A stretch of DNA of 64,000 bases from Candidatus Multivoradales bacterium (GTDB taxonomy: Bacteria > Acidobacteriota > Thermoanaerobaculia > Multivoradales > J023): positions 736,001-800,000 of the forward strand of contig CBDFLE010000006.1 of the NCBI GenBank assembly GCA_965248925.1. The letters are read 5' to 3'. Below are positions 10,048 to 18,739 of the stretch, piece by piece. The position numbers were made by a program, and so were the translations under genes. The notes under the pieces were generated by a model. The model saw only the letters and a list, made by a program, of their open reading frames with translations, was not told the DNA's origin and ran no database searches. Every line of letters starts with the position of its first letter. The first letter of the stretch is position 1.

Positions 10048-11166
10048 ATGGCAGATTCCCGCTACGAAGCCCTAGCCGAAGTCTTGATTGGCCACTCCTG
10101 CCGCCTCGCCCCTGGCGAGAAGATTCTGATCGAAGCCTGGGACACCCCCCAAGCCTTCGTTCATGCCCTGATCCGGGTCGCTGCCCGGCACGGTGGCATT
10201 CCGCTGGTGACGCAGAAGAGCCACGCTACTTTTCGCCAGCTGATGCTGCACACCTCGCCCGAGCAGATGCAGCTGATTGGCGAGACCGAGGCTTTCCGTA
10301 TGTCGCGGGTCGATGCCTACGTCGGCATTCGCGGCAACCCCAACATCAGCGAATGGGGCGACGTGCCGGACGGGAAGATGGCTCTTTACCGTTCGCTATA
10401 TTGGAAGCCAACCCACCTGGACCTGCGGGTCAAGCACACCAAGTGGGTCGTTCTGCGTTGGCCGAGCGCCTCGATGGCGCAACAGGCGCGGCTGTCGACC
10501 AGCGCTTTCGAAGACTTTTTCTTCGACGTCTGCACCATGAACTACGCCAAGATGTCTCGCGCCCTCGGTCCGCTGCGCGAACTGATGGAAGCCACCGACA
10601 AAGTGCGCCTGGTAGCGCCAGAAACCGACCTGCGCTTCTCGATCAGGGGCATTCCGGCGATCGGCTGCGACGGCCAAAACAACATCCCCGACGGTGAGTG
10701 CTTCACCGCGCCGGTGCGCGACTCGGTCGAAGGGCACATATATTTCGACGCTCCGACGATTTACAACGGGGTCAGTCACGAAGATGTGCGCCTGCGCTTC
10801 GAGCAAGGCAAAGTCGTCGACGCCACTAGCTCCAACAGCCGCCATCTCAACGCCACCCTCGACAGCGACGAGGGTGCACGCTATGTCGGAGAGTTCGCCA
10901 TCGGCTTTAACCCCTTGATCACGCAACCGATGAAAGACATCCTCTTCGACGAGAAGATCGCCGGCTCGATCCACTTCACCCCCGGCGCCGCCTACGAAGA
11001 AGCTTGGAACGGCAATCGCAGCGAGATCCACTGGGACTTGGTGCGGCGGATGAACCCCGAATCCGGCGGCGGCGAGATCTGGTTCGACGACCGCCTGATC
11101 CGCAAAGATGGCCTCTTCGTCCTGCCCGAACTCGAGCCTCTCAATCCGGAGAACCTGCTGGCCTGA
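10048..11166 (+). CDS. M29 family aminopeptidase (AmpS/AmpT)
   Basis: NIPDGECFTAP, GEFAIG, LFDEKIAGSIHFTPGAAY, SEIHWD. Confidence 0.92.
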   Translation: MADSRYEALAEVLIGHSCRLAPGEKILIEAWDTPQAFVHALIRVAARHGGIPLVTQKSHATFRQLMLHTSPEQMQLIGETEAFRMSRVDAYVGIRGNPNISEWGDVPDGKMALYRSLYWKPTHLDLRVKHTKWVVLRWPSASMAQQARLSTSAFEDFFFDVCTMNYAKMSRALGPLRELMEATDKVRLVAPETDLRFSIRGIPAIGCDGQNNIPDGECFTAPVRDSVEGHIYFDAPTIYNGVSHEDVRLRFEQGKVVDATSSNSRHLNATLDSDEGARYVGEFAIGFNPLITQPMKDILFDEKIAGSIHFTPGAAYEEAWNGNRSEIHWDLVRRMNPESGGGEIWFDDRLIRKDGLFVLPELEPLNPENLLA

Positions 11167-11191
11167 GCAGTGGCCTCGATTTGCCTCACCA

Positions 11192-11743
11192 CTAGCCGAC
11201 CAATGCAGCGTAGCCGACCAATGCAGCGACGACCTGCTCGACTGCGCCTTCGGCCAGGGCACGGATCTCGTCGTCGCTGCGGTCTTGGATCGGATGCGGT
11301 ACAAAAACCGCCGCCATCTCGGCGCCCAAAGCGTCAGCCTGGGCCTGGCCAGCGGTGACGAACTCCTCCGTTGCGATGTAGACCGCCGGCAACCCGCGCC
11401 GGGCGAAATCGGTGATGTCGTGCACACTGCACGACGTACACGACCCTCAGTCAGCCAGGGCCTCGATCACCGCATCGCAGCGGGTGGCGATCTGGCGCCG
11501 CAGGTCGAGCGGCGCTGGACGGGCGAAGGTCGGTTTACGAAAATGTTCGACCTGCGCGCCGCGGGCCTCCAGGCAGTGTGCCAAGCGGGCCAGAAACACG
11601 TCACCTCGGGCCTTGGAGATATCGAGCAAGGCCAAGGTCTTGCCCCCCAGGCTATCGAGCCTCGATGCTGGCCGATGAGTAGCCGCAATACGCTCGTCGG
11701 TAGGGTCGAGCACGACCCTCGGTAGATTTGCTGATCGGCTCAT
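11192..11743 (-). CDS. UGSC-family selenoprotein (Sec at UGA 11449-11447)
   Basis: Two in-frame track ORFs join through TGA: ...VIEALAD-U-GSCTSCSVHD. ATG 11743 has an AGGAGG RBS. SECIS-like hairpin directly downstream. Confidence 0.9.
11417..11435 (-). promoter_or_regulatory. bacterial SECIS element
   Basis: Perfect 8-bp stem GUCGUGCA/UGCACGAC with a G-containing GUG loop, starting 11 nt 3' of the UGA. Confidence 0.8.
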
Positions 11744-11762
11744 CGCGTCTCCTCCTAATCGC

Positions 11763-13199
11763 TCAACCACGCACTTCGACAGTTGCCGGCTCGGTACCAG
11801 CCACGCCGTTCAACCAGCCGCCGATGATCGCCGAGAATAGTCCGGCAGAGCCACCGGCGTGAACGATCATCAGCCCCTCCGGGCGAATCTTCGGCAGCGT
11901 CGCAGCGGCTAGTTCCTCGGCGATACCTTCGGCCATATTTCTGGCGCCACGCACTAGCTGCTCGCCCTGCAACATCAGCCGCGCAACCAGCTCAGAGCGC
12001 AGTCGGGACTTGCTCCAACCAGCCAAGCGAAACACTCGACCGTGTTCGGGAGAGATCACCAACAGAGCATCGAAAACCAGCGGCAATTTGGGGTGGCACA
12101 CCGTCTTCAGGCATTCAGCCAGGCTGGTGGCCAGCGACTCCGCCGACCGCGAGAGCTGGTCGACCACCACCCGCGGTCCTTCGCCGCCGAATAAGGTCAC
12201 GGTCGAACTCGACGGGGCAAAACCGCGCTCGACATGCAGCGGCCGCCACGGCGAGCCCGCTTCGTCCTCGGCAAAACAGAAGCCGAGCTTGCCGGGATGG
12301 CCAAAGCAAGCCCGGTCGATCTCCCCCGGTCGCCCGCCACCGACATTGCGCACCACTAGTTGCAGAGCCCGGCCGATGGTGGCATTGGCTCTCACCCCTT
12401 GGCCCAAGGCATTGACACCGCAATTGATCCCGATGGCGCTAGCCAACGGCCCATTGGCGATCACCATCGGGGCGTGCGACAGAGTGGTGGCGAGCAGCCC
12501 GTGCAAGCCAAATTCGGTCCGGCAAGCAGCCTCGACGGTGGCCAAAACCCAGGGCAGATACTCCGGCCGGCAACCCGCCATGACAGCGTTGATCGCCACC
12601 TTCTCCACCGTACACGGCGCCATGTTGGGAGGCACCTCGGCGATCACTTCAGAGGGTTCACGGGCCGTTCCGGCGAGCATCGCCAGCACCCTCTCCGGAG
12701 TGGGTGGCACCAGCGGAAGACCATCGCTCCAACCACGGTCATAGAGCGCTTCGAAATCGTCCTCATCACGACCGAACTCCACCCGCCGCGACTTCAGCCG
12801 CTCGCCGAAGAGAGCCTCCAGCCGATCCGCCGTGCCTGGTTCGACCGAACGGGAACCACAACCAGGCCGCAGCTCCGGCAGCCCGGCACCCAGATCGAAG
12901 CCCAGCAACTCCCGCCAGCCGCTGCGCGACCAGCCCTCCTGGCGCCGCAACTCAGCGCCGCCCTTTAGCTCCAGCAGAGTCGGGACCACCTGCACACCGA
13001 GCCGATACGAGACTTCGAGAGAGCGGTCGTCACGAGGCTGGATAGCGGCAGGGAAAGCAGGGTCGTCCTGGCTGTAGACCACTACTTCGTGGCCCTGCTG
13101 TCGAGCCTCCACCAGCACTGGGGCGACCAGCTCACAGGTCGGGCAGCCGCGCTTGACCACGGCCACCAAGCCGTCCGTGGGCAGCGGGGGGAGGGGCAT
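11763..13199 (-). CDS. thioredoxin-domain (CPTC) protein, UGSC-associated family
   Basis: N-terminal CPTC and VPTL Trx fold, followed by DGLPLVPPT, KVAINAVMAGC and RANATIGRA. Confidence 0.8.
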   Translation of the reverse strand: MPLPPLPTDGLVAVVKRGCPTCELVAPVLVEARQQGHEVVVYSQDDPAFPAAIQPRDDRSLEVSYRLGVQVVPTLLELKGGAELRRQEGWSRSGWRELLGFDLGAGLPELRPGCGSRSVEPGTADRLEALFGERLKSRRVEFGRDEDDFEALYDRGWSDGLPLVPPTPERVLAMLAGTAREPSEVIAEVPPNMAPCTVEKVAINAVMAGCRPEYLPWVLATVEAACRTEFGLHGLLATTLSHAPMVIANGPLASAIGINCGVNALGQGVRANATIGRALQLVVRNVGGGRPGEIDRACFGHPGKLGFCFAEDEAGSPWRPLHVERGFAPSSSTVTLFGGEGPRVVVDQLSRSAESLATSLAECLKTVCHPKLPLVFDALLVISPEHGRVFRLAGWSKSRLRSELVARLMLQGEQLVRGARNMAEGIAEELAAATLPKIRPEGLMIVHAGGSAGLFSAIIGGWLNGVAGTEPATVEVRG

Positions 13200-13275
13200 T
13201 CCTCGACGCTACCATGGCGACGAGGAATGCCGAGCAACCTCGAGTACGAACCACGATGTGCGGAAGCCAGCTCGG

Positions 13276-15030
13276 CTAGCGGTGGAGCAAACGCAATGCC
13301 GCTAGCGCCATGCCCAATGCCAGCAGCAGCAAACCGCCATAGCCGACCGCTGGAATCTCCAGCGGATCCGTACCGGTGACCGATATCTGCAATGCTTCAG
13401 CCGCGACTTCGATCTCGATCGGCCCGCCCTGCGGGGTCTCGGTCCAGCCCTTGGTCACCGCGATGGCGCGGAGCGCGCGGCGATAGATCAAGCGAGCCTG
13501 GACATCAACCAGGGCGTTCTCGGGCAAACCTACGAGACCGAAATCAACTTCGGTAACATCAGTGGCGCCCGAAGGAATCTGACTATCCGAATAAACCCCT
13601 TCGGCATCGATAAACAACACCGGCCGCACCACTGGTCCGGTGCCGTTGATGCGCCCTTCGAGGATCTTGGCGAAGCCCTTGCCGGGTTCACCCGCGTAGT
13701 CGCCGGCTGCCTGACCGGGAAGGTCGTCGTCTGCCCAGAAGGGAATTGTCGAGCCCGCGGTCTGACTTAACTTGGCACCGTTATAAGTCGCTTCGATAAC
13801 CACAAAGGCATTGCGAATCGAAATCCCGGTGGGAAAGTTGTGGCCGGCGCCCAGGTTGGTAACTTCAGCCAGCACCCGCAGCACGCCATCGACCTGCTCG
13901 GCCGAGGTCGCTAGCAATATGGCATCGGTGAGGCTGGTCGGGGTGGCGCCAATAAAGCGGTGTGAGTGCCGTTGGGAGGCCTCGCGTTCGGGACCGATAA
14001 CGCAATTCATACCCGCTTCCAACTCGGGCATATGACAATTCTGACAGGTACGCATCTCCGGTCCGGGTGCGGCAAACGGCGACGCCAACCACTCGCTGTA
14101 GGTGCTCTGACCGGGAGCGCCCGTGTCCGGGTTGGTGTACTGATGGCACGAAGAGCACATTAGCGACTCTTCGAAAAACGGTGCGTACGAGGCTGTCATA
14201 CCACCGATGAAGACATCATCCATCGGTCCCCAAACGAACTGGTCAGTGGCCCCTTCAGGAAAACGATAGGTCGAGGTACCAAGATGGTGCAGCCCGTTGA
14301 CCGGCCCACTGACATCGGCAATCTGATGGCAGCCGATGCAGGAAACACCGTTCAGCGCCGCCGCGTCGACCACCTCGTCAAGCATTACATTACCGGGATC
14401 GAAAACGTCCGCCAGCGGCGTGTGGCAAGTGGCGCAGAAGCCGGTTTCTCCGGGATCGTGGGTGTCGGTGTAGACGTAGCCGTTACCACCACCCGGCGTA
14501 CCGTTGCCGGAAAACAGGTCGAGCACCCAGGTATCGATACCGGCGAACGAGTGATTGGAAGTTTGCCATTCGGCCACCTGCTGCGGGTGGCAACCACCAC
14601 AGGCGCCGACCGTCAAGGGCACGTAGGCGGCGTTGTCGGTCGCCGGGATCGGGTCTAAGAGAATGACCACGCCGACATCGCCATTGTTGGCATCAACCCC
14701 ACCGGTCTCCCAATTGCTCGCCGAGCCCAGGTCGTAGGCAATCGACGCCGCCACAGTGACCATCGCCGGTGGGTTCACCGGCAAGGCAAAACTACCGTCC
14801 GCCGCACTCAGCACTTCGACTCCGCCAACCACGGTTTGGAGATGGACTCGGGCACCAGCAATCGGCGCGTTGGTGCCGGCCTCGCGTACAAAGCCAGTGA
14901 TGTCGCCCAGCACCACCGTCGGCGCTAGCAGCCCCGTCAGGGCCAGGATTGAAAGAACCAGCGTGCCGCCGCTACTCCGCCACAAGGTGTTCCACTGCTC
15001 ACTGTGCCGCGTTGGGACGAGCTTCACCAC
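13276..15030 (-). CDS. secreted pentaheme c-type cytochrome with IPTL-CTERM-like anchor
   Basis: Signal peptide, carboxypeptidase-regulatory-like domain, five CxxCH (CGGCH, CATCH, CIGCH, CSSCH, CQNCH), GHNFPTG, and tail EIPAVGYGGLLLLALGMALAALRLLHR. Confidence 0.85.
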   Translation of the reverse strand: MVKLVPTRHSEQWNTLWRSSGGTLVLSILALTGLLAPTVVLGDITGFVREAGTNAPIAGARVHLQTVVGGVEVLSAADGSFALPVNPPAMVTVAASIAYDLGSASNWETGGVDANNGDVGVVILLDPIPATDNAAYVPLTVGACGGCHPQQVAEWQTSNHSFAGIDTWVLDLFSGNGTPGGGNGYVYTDTHDPGETGFCATCHTPLADVFDPGNVMLDEVVDAAALNGVSCIGCHQIADVSGPVNGLHHLGTSTYRFPEGATDQFVWGPMDDVFIGGMTASYAPFFEESLMCSSCHQYTNPDTGAPGQSTYSEWLASPFAAPGPEMRTCQNCHMPELEAGMNCVIGPEREASQRHSHRFIGATPTSLTDAILLATSAEQVDGVLRVLAEVTNLGAGHNFPTGISIRNAFVVIEATYNGAKLSQTAGSTIPFWADDDLPGQAAGDYAGEPGKGFAKILEGRINGTGPVVRPVLFIDAEGVYSDSQIPSGATDVTEVDFGLVGLPENALVDVQARLIYRRALRAIAVTKGWTETPQGGPIEIEVAAEALQISVTGTDPLEIPAVGYGGLLLLALGMALAALRLLHR

Positions 15031-15246
15031 ACTTGCTCCTTTGGCCTGGTTCCTCTGAGCTACTACCTAAGCTGAGAAAACAAAAAGAGAACAACAAGGA
15101 CTCTGGTTGGATTGAATGGGACCGACGACAGCAACCCCCCGCGCGCGCAGGCTAGCCACCGCAACGGGGCAGAGGGTAACACAGCCTCGCCATTGTCTGG
15201 CAAGCCGCCAACCCACCGTGGGACGGTCGCGAATGAAAATCCGGGC

Positions 15247-15300
15247 AAAAAAAAGCCTTGGGCTCCTCCAGGCCACAACGGCCGATCGGCGTACCCAAGG
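15247..15300 (-). terminator. hairpin plus U8 tract (end of putative sRNA or attenuator)
   Basis: CCUUGGG...CCCAAGG stem followed by C-UUUUUUUU on the minus strand. Confidence 0.6.
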
Positions 15301-15332
15301 TCACGGGGAAGTTGTTTCTCAATGACCTCTTA

Positions 15333-15350
15333 AAGCACGGCCCGTGCCAA
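15333..15350 (-). promoter_or_regulatory. sigma54 (-24/-12) promoter
   Basis: TTGGCACGGGCCGTGCTT has exact GG-N10-GC spacing and matches TGGCACG-N4-(T)TGCW with one mismatch. Confidence 0.65.
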
Positions 15351-15568
15351 GCTGCAGGCAGCTAGGAACGGGGGGGGCCAAAAATCTTAGAACTGCGGCA
15401 AACAATCAGCTTGGTTTCGAACAATATTAGTTTGGCCTAGCTCTGGACGGGTCGCCGAGGAGCGACCACTTCGTTGGCAGCCGCAATCCCCAGCCGCCAA
15501 CCGCCAACATCTTTGGCTGCCCGATTCCACCAGCCGTCTGAGCCAGGACCGGGAGGGGTAGATCGCGA

Positions 15569-16909
15569 TCAGGCGGCGGCTTCGGAATCAGTGGTCACGA
15601 GCTTGTCTTCGAGCCGATCGAGGAGATCGTCGAGGTCGCCGAGCAATCCTGGAGTGGATCGCTTTCGCCGAGGCTCTTGCACCTCGCTGAGCTGTGGCAG
15701 GCCAACTCCTCGCCACAAGTCACGATCTTGCCGCAGCACCTCGAGATCCAAATCCAAACCGTGGCGGCGCAGGATCGGTTGAATCTCTTCGCGCCGCTGC
15801 CACAAGTCGCGACGGGTGGCCTGGTAGGCCCGCTGGCAGACGTCGCGACGCGACGCGAAACTGAAGATGTTGGAGAAAAAATTCTCATCATCGTCGGGAC
15901 GCGGCTCGATCAGCAGCACGTCGCAATCGGGATAACGCTCTTTGTAGGTTTCTAGACCGAGGGTCATCCGCGAGTGGATCAAAGTGCGCGCGGTCTGCGA
16001 CAACACCGCCGGCAGACCCCGGCGAATCAGCTTGCCGCGGATCTTGGGATGCTGCTCGGCCGCTCGGCTGAGGTCGACCGGCACTAGAGGATTGATGGCG
16101 AACACCAGCTTGGCGCCAGCATCGAGCGCTACTGAAGCATGCAGCGTCTTGCGCAGCACACCGTCAACGAAGTACCGCCCTTCGATCTCGACCGGCGGAT
16201 ACAGTCCCGGCAGCGCCGAACTCGCCTGTATCGCCTTCGAAATCGGCACATGGTCCCAACCCTTGGCGCCGAACGGGGCGATGGCTCCCGACTCCAAATC
16301 CGTCGCCACCACCACCAACTCACACGCCAACTGACGAAAGTCGTTCTTACGCCCTTTGAGAGCGAAGATCTTGCGTACGTATTCGCCCACCGGCGCGCTG
16401 TCGAAGATGCCGGTGGGTAGCGAACGCCCGAGAACGGTCAAGGCGTCGCGCAGCCGACGCTCGCGGCGGGTAGCGTAGCGCAGCAGGGCGCTGGCCAGCA
16501 GCCAAGGGGCACTGGCCAGCCGCCGCACCACTTCTTGGGTAGCCGGCTTGAAGAAGGTTTCGGGAGTGAAGGGGTGTTCGCCAGGCTCGGGCTTGACGAT
16601 CGCCCGACACATCTGCGCCGTACTCAGCCCGTTGGCCAGGCAAGAGGTGTGGAAGGCGCCGGCACTGATGCCGACATAGACCCCGAAGTCGGTGAGCGAA
16701 GCACCGACCAACGCTTCGTCCAAGGCGCGCAGAGCGCCAATTTCGTAAATCGCCCCCTCGGGCGCACCGCCGGCCAGGGCCAAACCGAGGTGGGGATGGG
16801 CCGCTGGCCGCTGCCCTTGACCGCTGCCGACAATCGACTCGCCAGGGACCGCGGTCAAGGCTTCGACACCTCGGGGACGGTTCCGCTCCTGTGCCTCTTT
16901 CTCCCGCAC
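15569..16909 (-). CDS. patatin-like phospholipase/esterase (PHA-cluster associated)
   Basis: LALAGGAPEG oxyanion loop, GISAG nucleophile, ASSALPG, VDG. Follows two phasin genes. Confidence 0.85.
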   Translation of the reverse strand: MREKEAQERNRPRGVEALTAVPGESIVGSGQGQRPAAHPHLGLALAGGAPEGAIYEIGALRALDEALVGASLTDFGVYVGISAGAFHTSCLANGLSTAQMCRAIVKPEPGEHPFTPETFFKPATQEVVRRLASAPWLLASALLRYATRRERRLRDALTVLGRSLPTGIFDSAPVGEYVRKIFALKGRKNDFRQLACELVVVATDLESGAIAPFGAKGWDHVPISKAIQASSALPGLYPPVEIEGRYFVDGVLRKTLHASVALDAGAKLVFAINPLVPVDLSRAAEQHPKIRGKLIRRGLPAVLSQTARTLIHSRMTLGLETYKERYPDCDVLLIEPRPDDDENFFSNIFSFASRRDVCQRAYQATRRDLWQRREEIQPILRRHGLDLDLEVLRQDRDLWRGVGLPQLSEVQEPRRKRSTPGLLGDLDDLLDRLEDKLVTTDSEAAA

Positions 16910-17022
16910 TTTCTCTTACCCTCCGGCTACCCTCTCACCAGATACATGGGGACGGATCGATGCCTCGGCGAGGTTCGCTCGCACCGCCGAGGGGTGATCT
17001 GAGGATCACAGTCGCAAGGTCG

Positions 17023-17400
17023 CTACTTCTTGTTGGCGCTCTCGACCACCCGAGTCAGCTCCTCGACCCGCTGGGTCAAAGTGGCGATCTCGTCGCGACT
17101 GGGCACTCCAACCCGGTGCAAGACACGGGTGACGACGCTGTCGAGGCGATCCTCGATCTTGTCCCAGGTCTCGCCAGCTCGGTCGCGGGCTTTATCGGCC
17201 GTCTCGCCGACTTTCTCCCGCACCTCGCTGGCTTTCTCCCGGCCACCCTTCTCGAAGCCCTCTCCTTTGGCGACCAAGCTCTCGAATAGCTTGCTGCCCT
17301 CTTTTTCGATAGTCGACACCGCACCGAGGCCTGCTAACCAGACTTTCTGCGCCGAGTCTTTGAGCTCGTTTTGAAGTTTCTTGGCATTCTCATTCATCAC
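17023..17400 (-). CDS. phasin / PHA granule-associated protein (PhaF/PhaI-like)
   Basis: VWLAGLGA...EGSKLFESLVAKGE...LHRVGVPSRDEI. Confidence 0.88.
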   Translation of the reverse strand: MMNENAKKLQNELKDSAQKVWLAGLGAVSTIEKEGSKLFESLVAKGEGFEKGGREKASEVREKVGETADKARDRAGETWDKIEDRLDSVVTRVLHRVGVPSRDEIATLTQRVEELTRVVESANKK

Positions 17401-17440
17401 AAATCTCCTTCGCCGACTGGCCGGCGAATCAAAGGTGTTC

Positions 17441-17941
17441 TCAGGCGGATAGCGCGTCGACCTTCTCGGTCAGCTTCTCGATACGCGAAATCAACTGTCG
17501 TACTTCCTTGCGCGACGGCACTCCGAGGCGGCCAAGGGCGCTGGTGAATCCTCTGCCGAAGCGGCTCTCCACTTTGTCGCCGAAACCGCGAGCTTGCTCG
17601 CCGGCCCGCCGCAGGGGCGCGGTCAAAGTCTTGCGTTCTTGCCGCTCGAAACTCTCGCCAGCCTGCACCAAGTCGCTGAACACCTGGCGGCGACGCTGAC
17701 CGACGGCGGCCACCGTGCCGAGTCCAGCCAGCCATAGGTTGCGGCCGGTCTGACGCACTTCGCGCCCCAAATCGCGGATTTGATCGGCGGCTTGGGTGGT
17801 CAATTCGCTGGTCTGACGCTGACTCGCCGCTATCTTCTTGACCGGCGCCTTCCTGGCTGGCGTTTTCTTGACCGGCCCGACGGCTTGCTTGGTCTTGGCT
17901 GCGCTGGTAGTGCTCTTACTAGTCTTTGTGCTGTTGCTCAT
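17441..17941 (-). CDS. phasin with Lys/Ala-rich N-terminus
   Basis: LWLAGLG...FSDLVQAGE...RLGVPSRKEV, preceded by a histone-like KKTPARKAPVKK tract. Confidence 0.82.
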   Translation of the reverse strand: MSNSTKTSKSTTSAAKTKQAVGPVKKTPARKAPVKKIAASQRQTSELTTQAADQIRDLGREVRQTGRNLWLAGLGTVAAVGQRRRQVFSDLVQAGESFERQERKTLTAPLRRAGEQARGFGDKVESRFGRGFTSALGRLGVPSRKEVRQLISRIEKLTEKVDALSA

Positions 17942-18052
17942 GGATCTTACTCCTCGACGCCAGCTACGTGTCGGCCGGCGGTTGTTTGCAATCGATATCT
18001 ATCCGGCCCGAGGCCGGTTCTTGGTTTGTGCTGACCTAGATAGCGACTCGCC

Positions 18053-18481
18053 TCAGCGGTTCTCGAGGCTGCTCAGGGTCTTTTCGAGTTCGACCAAACG
18101 TGCCCCGAGGTCACTCATCTCACGCTGAATATGCTGCAGCGGGTTGAGCCGGTCGAGCGAAGCGCCCAGCACCCGATCTACTCTTCCTTGAACCCGCTCG
18201 ACACCACTCGCCAATGCGCGCTCGCTGGTCTGCAGCGCGCTGCGCCCGGCGCGCACCAACTCATGCAGCAACTCGCTCGGCAGGGCGCTTCCTTGCTTGC
18301 CACGGTCGAGAATGATCTGGGTCAGCACCTGGGAAGTGACGTCGGCACCGCTCGTGTTGTCCACCACCCGAATATCCTGGCCGCCGCGCACCCATTGGCG
18401 GATCTCGTCCATGGACACGTAGCAGCTCTCTTCTGTGTCGTAGAGCTTACGACTGCCGTAACGCTTGATGACTCTCTTCAT
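18053..18481 (-). CDS. phaR: polyhydroxyalkanoate synthesis regulator PhaR-like
   Basis: IKRYGSRKLYDTEESCYVS...V.DN.SG.DVT..VLTQII DNA-binding domain, upstream of the phasins. Confidence 0.85.
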   Translation of the reverse strand: MKRVIKRYGSRKLYDTEESCYVSMDEIRQWVRGGQDIRVVDNTSGADVTSQVLTQIILDRGKQGSALPSELLHELVRAGRSALQTSERALASGVERVQGRVDRVLGASLDRLNPLQHIQREMSDLGARLVELEKTLSSLENR

Positions 18482-18546
18482 GGATGACTCTCTTCATGGA
18501 TGACTCTCTTCATGGATGACTCTCTTCATGGATGACTCTCTTCATG
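18467..18546. repeat. 5 x 16-bp perfect tandem repeat containing the phaR start codon
   Basis: GATGACTCTCTTCATG x5 on the plus strand, i.e. CATGAAGAGAGTCATC on the minus strand. Confidence 0.95.
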
Positions 18547-18577
18547 GGTTTTCCTTGCCGCGTCGATTATGCCGCCC

Positions 18578-18644
18578 TGCGGCAACAAAAAGAAAATACC
18601 GCAGTGCGGCAAAGCCTGTCAAGGACTTTCGCCGAGGTGCGGCA
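18578..18644 (-). promoter_or_regulatory. phaR promoter (TTGACA -35) with three TTGCCGCA boxes
   Basis: TTGACA at 18622-18617 with a weak -10 (GTATTT/TATTTC). TGCGGCAA at 18578, 18605 and 18637. Confidence 0.5.
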
Positions 18645-18739
18645 AAGGCAGCCCGTCCCAGTGGAGCAAGCGGCCAGAGGGAAAATGAAACCGACGTGAC
18701 GCGCCGCGGCATGAAATCCTGCCGCAACCCGTCACGATC

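Noticed and set aside
11193-11228. 18-bp tandem duplication at the end of the selenoprotein gene
   Set aside because: It is an in-frame duplication of the last codons, most likely neutral slippage.
10396-11427. Long antisense ORFs in the track (this one, 748-1590, 31735-32697, 58346-59923 and others)
   Set aside because: They are shadows of well-supported genes in GC-rich DNA and have no motifs.
15120-15240. c-di-GMP riboswitch or ANTAR hairpins in the cytochrome leader
   Set aside because: No GGCAAA/GAAA/GCAAAG core is present, and the CAATGGCG loop has no closing stem.
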